This document shows positions 54,778 through 64,000 of a stretch of 64,000 nt of DNA, piece after piece; the first letter of the stretch is position 1; the number at the start of each line of letters is the position of its first letter. The notes under the pieces are model-generated. The model searched no databases and was not told the origin of the DNA. It saw only the letters and a list, made by a program, of their open reading frames with translations. This DNA is from Podarcis erhardii (lineage: Eukaryota), in NCBI GenBank assembly GCA_964252035.1, contig OZ176206.1. One strand, given 5' to 3'. Position numbers and translations under genes: made by a program.

Positions 54778-55365
54778 GGCTGTGTGATAGCCTGGGAGTC
54801 TGAACCGGAGCCAGAGGAGTCTCAGTCCACACCGGATCCTTTGCCTCAGGTGGCATCTGAACCAAGTCTGGGGCCTGATTCTGAAGAGCCCCAGTCTGCA
54901 CAGGTTCCCCTGCAACAAGCACCAGCTGGGCCGAGTCAGGGGCCTGAGCCTGCCCTGGCTCCAGATGCGGGGGATTACCTCGTTGCCTTCATCTGGGCAA
55001 TCACTTACAGCTGCTCCACTACCAGTTGGGTCAGGAGAGGCTGAGGCGGCCTTTGGATCTAGTAACCCACCAACATCTCCCGAGCTGCAGAGGCTGAGGT
55101 CTGATAGGAGAGACCTGAGTACTCACAGGAGGAGTGCTCACCTTTGGGTGAGACAGGGAGGTGAGTCACTGGGGGATCAAGACCCTGACATAGATAAAAG
55201 GCTGCTGGACCCCGCCTCAGGTTGAGGGAGCAATGTTGCTGTTTGCCAGAACCTGCCTGTGATCCTGCCTCGTGTCCTGCCTTGGCCCTGTCGGACTGAC
55301 TCCTCGCGGGATCCTTGGATTCGGGACCAGACCTGGACCGCGTTACTCGGCTTACCCCTGGGGCT
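54778..55365 (+). mobile_element. LTR-like segment (possible Gypsy solo-LTR relic)
   Basis: P/E/Q-rich pseudo-ORF, then GATAAAAGG TATA-like motif near 55193 and a CpG-containing tail; resembles recalled lizard LTRs; ends not resolved. Confidence 0.35.
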
Positions 55366-55899
55366 AGCACAGGCTGCCTGCCTGCAAAACATATGCTCTA
55401 CCACTAAGCTTATGACACTTCCCCCAGGGAACACAATAAGTCACCATATACAGAGTCAGGCCATTGATCCATCTAGCTCAATATTGCTCACACTGATTGA
55501 CAGCTCTCTGGAATTTCAGGCAGGAATCTCTCTCTCATACCTGGAGACACCAGGGATTGAACCTGTTACCTTCCTCATGCATGGAGGTTTTAGCCCCAAC
55601 TTGAAATGTAAAGGGGAACTTTCTACCTACCACTTTAGGTTATTTTTCTATACATATATAATTTGTGTATTATAAATGCACTGCAATAGGATGGACTTAT
55701 ATAGCGAAATCTTACTACTTAACATGAATAGAAACAAAAGAAAGCAAAATAAGAAACCCTTTCTCAAAGCCATAAAAGATATCTGACGTAACCACAGGTG
55801 CCCCACAGCTATGTAAACTGTTCACCAATGTAACAACGGCCTGGTAAGCTGACTTTTGAGCAGAGAGAGTGACATGTTCCCTGCCCATTAGCGGTCGCA

Positions 55900-57540
55900 A
55901 GGAGCACCAGGACCTTTCAGGAGCCTCGGCTTGTTTCTTGGCATTTGCACCCCGCCTTTTGTGGGCCCTGCCTGGCGTGGACCACCTTCGGGGTCTGCCG
56001 GTGGGTCATGCTCCAGCTACAAAGACCATCCCCCATCCTCCTCTCTCCTTGTCCTTGCATATCCTTGGGAAGGGCTCTCTCGGGCCTCTTTTGCGAGACA
56101 GACTCCTTACACATCTAGAACTTTTATTCACTCCGTTTTTTCAGGACCTCGCAAGAAAAGCCCGAAGGAATACCTTCGTGGAAATCAATTAAATGAAATG
56201 GGGCGGTGGCCGCGGAAAAGGGCTTCTGCCCTGATGTTTTTACATTAGTCAAAGACTGTCCGTAGTCGAGGTCTTGTTTGAGGGAGGACTGACAGCTGTC
56301 TTTGCTCGGGACTTGCGCGGTCTGCACTGCAGGGAAGCGGGCTGCTCCGAGCCAGGATGCCGAGCCCCCTTCCCTCTGCGAAGCGTATCTCCTTTTCAAT
56401 TTGCAAGGGCTTGTCTCGGGCCCTGCAAAGGGACCCGCGCGGCCTTTCTGCAGCGGCGCCCCCTCCCGGGCCTTGGAGGCGTCGTCGCGCCGCGGCTCCT
56501 CCAGGCCGCGCGGGGGCAGCAGTGGGCCGGTCCGCGCGGGCCGGTTTGGGCGGCGCTCGTCGCTGGCCAAGGCTTGGCTGGGGGCGCCCCGCCGAGTTGC
56601 CATGTAGCGAGGCGAAGAAACGGCGCGTCCGGGCCGGGCAGGGGCGCGGGCAGCCGGGCCGGGCCAGGCCGCATCCCCCCACCCACCCCCATGGGCGCGC
56701 AGGTAAGGGCCGCGGAGCGCAGGGGGCTCTTCCGGGCTTCTCCCCCTCGGGAAAGGGGTCCCTGGGGTCGCGGAGTGGGGGGTGCTAGGCAGTGGCGTAG
56801 CGTGGGGGGTGCAGGGGGGGCCGGCCGCACCGGGCGCAACTTCTGGGGTTAGGGCAAATCCACGGGTTAGGGGGCGCAAATCCACGGGTTAGGGGGCGCA
56901 AATCACTTGCCTTGCCCCGGGTGCTGACAACCCACGCTACGCCACTGGTGCTAGGCGCTCCCCTCTCTCGCTGCGCCCCTCGCCGCCGCCTCGGGTCTCC
57001 GGGGAGCCTCGGTTTCCCCGTCTGCCAACCTTTCAGGTCGATTGAGGCGGGGTAGGAAGCGGCTCGGGGTTGCTTGAGGACGCGGCTCCCCACCCCCACC
57101 CTCGAAAGTGGAAGGCAAAAACCCTGCACCTCCTTCCCCTCCCGCGCCTCGAGCTCCGGCTCTTCTGCTCCCCACGCAGGACCCTCTTCCCTCCTTCGAC
57201 CCGGCAAGAGACTCCGCCGCCCGGTGGCACACAGCAGGTCTTGAGCGTGCAGCCTGGCTCACTTGCTGAAGCCCTCTGGCTTTGCTCCTGGTCGTGCCCT
57301 CCCTCCGGGACCGCCCTTCTCGCCCCCCCCCTCTCTCTCTCCCACCCCCAATAATAATTCAGTTGTGGGCCCCTTCCGATCTAGGGATCACCTCCCAGGG
57401 ATCTCTACGTTTGTTTTCGTTTTCACTCGCCCGAGGCCTCTCGCAGCCTCTTCCAAAAAAGTACGAATCTGAAAGGCAAAGCCTGTGAAAACCCGTTTCA
57501 AAACGTACGCCACACGAAAGGGAAAGGACGTGGAAGGCCA
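55900..57540. promoter_or_regulatory. CpG island / DEF8 promoter with a probable non-coding exon 1
   Basis: Dense CpG; strong donor CAG|GTAAGG at 56702/56703. Confidence 0.8.
56845..56904 (+). repeat. 22-bp tandem repeat (about 2.7 copies) containing GGGTTAGGG
   Basis: Unit gggttagggggcgcaaatccac at 56864-56885 and 56886-56904, plus a deleted copy upstream. Confidence 0.9.
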
Positions 57541-59993
57541 TTTAGGGTTGAAAAACCTCATTCTCCCTGCCTTGAAAGTGTGGTTTAATATCCAGATACA
57601 CTCTGGTCCCAGGTGGCAGTAGGGGGTTGCTTTTGGGGCTCCTCTCTAGGCTCTGCAGGTCCCCATTTCTGCTCCCCTGATTCTCACAGCCCACCAGGAA
57701 AGCCAAGACACTCAGTCCCGGGCACTTCCTCAGTTGCCTCTCTGCCTTCTGCACCTGTTCTTTCATGCTGCTTTGGGTACCTGGAAATGCCCTCTGTGCC
57801 AGCTTTTGCTGCTGCACCAAGTATACATGTGTGCATGTGGTGAGCACCTTGGACACAACAGCCTCATGTGATCGGTAGGTGCAGAATGTAGGACAAAGGA
57901 TGCTTTCTAGCTATGGTAATGGGTTTACTGGTACACTGGCCTTGCCATCTGATTATCTACAGAAAAGTAGGCTAAGACAAGAGCCCACCAGTTGCTTTGG
58001 CAGGAAAGGTCATCGCTCAGTGGTTAGAGCATCTGCTTTGCATGCAGAAGACCCCAGGTCCAATCCCTGATGGTATCTCCAGGGAGGGATGCAAAAGGCT
58101 CCTTAATCTGAGCTCTTGGATAGCAGCTGCCAATCAGTGTAGACAGTACTGAGCCAGATGTATCAATGGTCTTACTCCTTTGTATATTCCTATAAGCGTG
58201 CAACCAACAGTGCCATACCAGGTGTTTTGCACTACATTTTCATTAGGCTCAGTGAGCACTGGTGTTGCTGGCATCTGGAGGGCACCAAGTTGATGAAGGC
58301 TGGTTTAATGTGTTCTTCAAAGTATAATGTTATATGTAGCACAAATTGAGGTATTTCATCAGGTTTACTCATTTTTCAAAAAGAAAAAGATTTTAAAGTC
58401 AGCCAGATTTTCCCCCCTGTTGCTTATATATTATTTTGTTTATTTTGCTATTTATAGATTGCCTTTCAGGCTGTTCACATCACATTAAAGACACAAAATT
58501 ATACAACCCTGAGGTTGTAAATGTTAAATTCTGTACACCTAGAAAACTAAAACAGCAGCACCTAAAAAAACAACAAAAACAGCCAGCAGAATAAAACTGA
58601 GCTGGAAGCAGGAGGTTTTTCTTTTTAAAAAAAATGCCTTAGAACAAAGCAAACATCACTTTTCTGAAGTGATGTGGACAACCTTAGAGCTCAATTATCA
58701 ATGTCTTCATGATGAAAAAAAGGCTTCTTGGATTCTATTTGAGTTGTTTCCGGTGGTTAGTAAAGGGAAGGTGCTAATAGCCCAACAAAGTGAAGATGAT
58801 GTCATTTTAAAGGCTCCTTAGAGCATGAGACAGAAGGGAAGAGCAGCTAATGGAAGGTTCTCATATATGCACTTAAATCTCAGTAGGGAAGTTGGAACAG
58901 AATGGTAAAAAGAGATTTGTACAATAACATGCTTGGAAATCTGTATTTCTTTCATAATAGTTATTCTAATAATGATAATAATTTTTGTGTGGCTGTCACC
59001 TGTCACCCTACCAATTGATTCCTTGCCATCAAGGGACAATGAGACAAGGCTGATTGATGTCATGCTGGTTTCAAATTCATTTAGCTGGCTTTCTTACTAG
59101 CCCTTCTCTGAGGGTCCCTAGATAACCATCAGTGGTCATGTGATGTTATGGACAACTCTATTGCTGGAGGCTCCAATTCCCAAAGAGGAAGGCTAAGCAT
59201 GGTTACATATAAAAAGTAGTCTCTCAAGCAAGTGTGGTTGTATGCAGCCCGGGTGGTCTTGGCCATGTGAACCACTCTTCATCAACAGTGTTAGAAACTG
59301 GGATAGAAAACCTAGGAGCCAAATGGCTTCTGGGTTGTGGGCACTTTTAATTTATTATTTTGATAAGCATGAGCTAATATAACATTTTAGCAGAAATTGT
59401 TAATACATGTTTAATTTGGTGTTTACAATAAAAATATTGGTACCATACTTCAGTTTTCAAAATATTCTACTCTTTATTGTTAAACTCCTTTACATATTGT
59501 CTATCCTTAACATATACTTCAAGGCTTCAAAGCACATACATTTCAGTAATCCTTAAGTGTCAGCCAGGTGCAAAGAATGGTATCCAGACTTTTTGAGGTG
59601 CTCGCAAATGGGGAATCTTTAGGTGCAAAATGCGCCTGGTGCCCTGCTAATTTTGAACCCCGTTCCTCAACCAGGTGGGCTCTGGGTCTTTTGGATTACA
59701 ACTACCATCAATCCCAGCCAGCACAGCACAAAGGATTGTATTCAACTAAGGCCTACTCAGAGTACACCCATTATAATTGGTGGTTATGTCCATTAACTTT
59801 GAGGGGCCTACAGTGAGTAGGAGTGGTAGCAAATATGACCACAAATGTCTGAAGGGCACCAGGTTGGGGAAGTTTGATATAGACTCAAAGTGGCCAAAGT
59901 TTGCCTAGCTGTGCTGTCCACTGGAGTTCTTGGGGATTCCAGGAAGGAACTGGCAGTGACATCACTGTGCAGGAAGGGATGACACCTGACTGA

Positions 59994-63937
<3,944 letters not shown>

Positions 63938-64000
63938 TAATTTGGCCCAACTATGCCCACCTGTTGGACACTTGATGTCAGGTGTGGGGCAGGTAAAGAT

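Noticed and set aside
55869-57541. Many overlapping ORFs (up to 253 aa) upstream of DEF8
   Set aside because: CpG-island artefact; no homology recognised.
58003-58085. tRNA-Ala-like sequence with A/B boxes (also near 27390, 34100, 40260, 55370)
   Set aside because: The acceptor and T stems do not pair properly, and multiple diverged copies carry SINE bodies; these are tRNA-derived SINE heads, not tRNA genes.
57864-59143. TCATGTGA MITF/TFEB-type sites in DEF8 intron 1 (57864, 59136; also near 16368)
   Set aside because: About two copies of an 8-mer are expected by chance in 64 kb; no support without conservation data.

Overview
Vertebrate (squamate, probably lacertid lizard, inferred from Sauria SINE and Penelope-like repeats) genomic window carrying the conserved syntenic block SPIRE2 (last 8 coding exons) - TCF25 (complete, 18 coding exons, 688 aa) - MC1R (single coding exon, 314 aa) - TUBB3 (4 exons, 450 aa, with a 146-N gap in exon 4) - DEF8 (first 5 coding exons), all on the + strand. 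Gene identities come from recalled homology to the human proteins plus manual splice-phase checks; no database search was run. CpG islands mark the TCF25, TUBB3 and DEF8 promoters. Most listed six-frame ORFs are spurious. Most notable observations: (1) two Penelope-like insertions forming long perfect inverted repeats, each with a minimal hammerhead-ribozyme motif; (2) a splice donor overlapping the MC1R stop codon with in-frame acceptors just before the TUBB3 ATG, a candidate reptile MC1R-TUBB3 chimera; (3) a probable 90-nt 5'UTR intron in MC1R that hides a uORF; (4) two GC-AG introns; (5) an RE1-like site and an exact M-box in TUBB3 intron 1. I found no evidence for a wholly new gene system; the findings are testable extensions of known biology.
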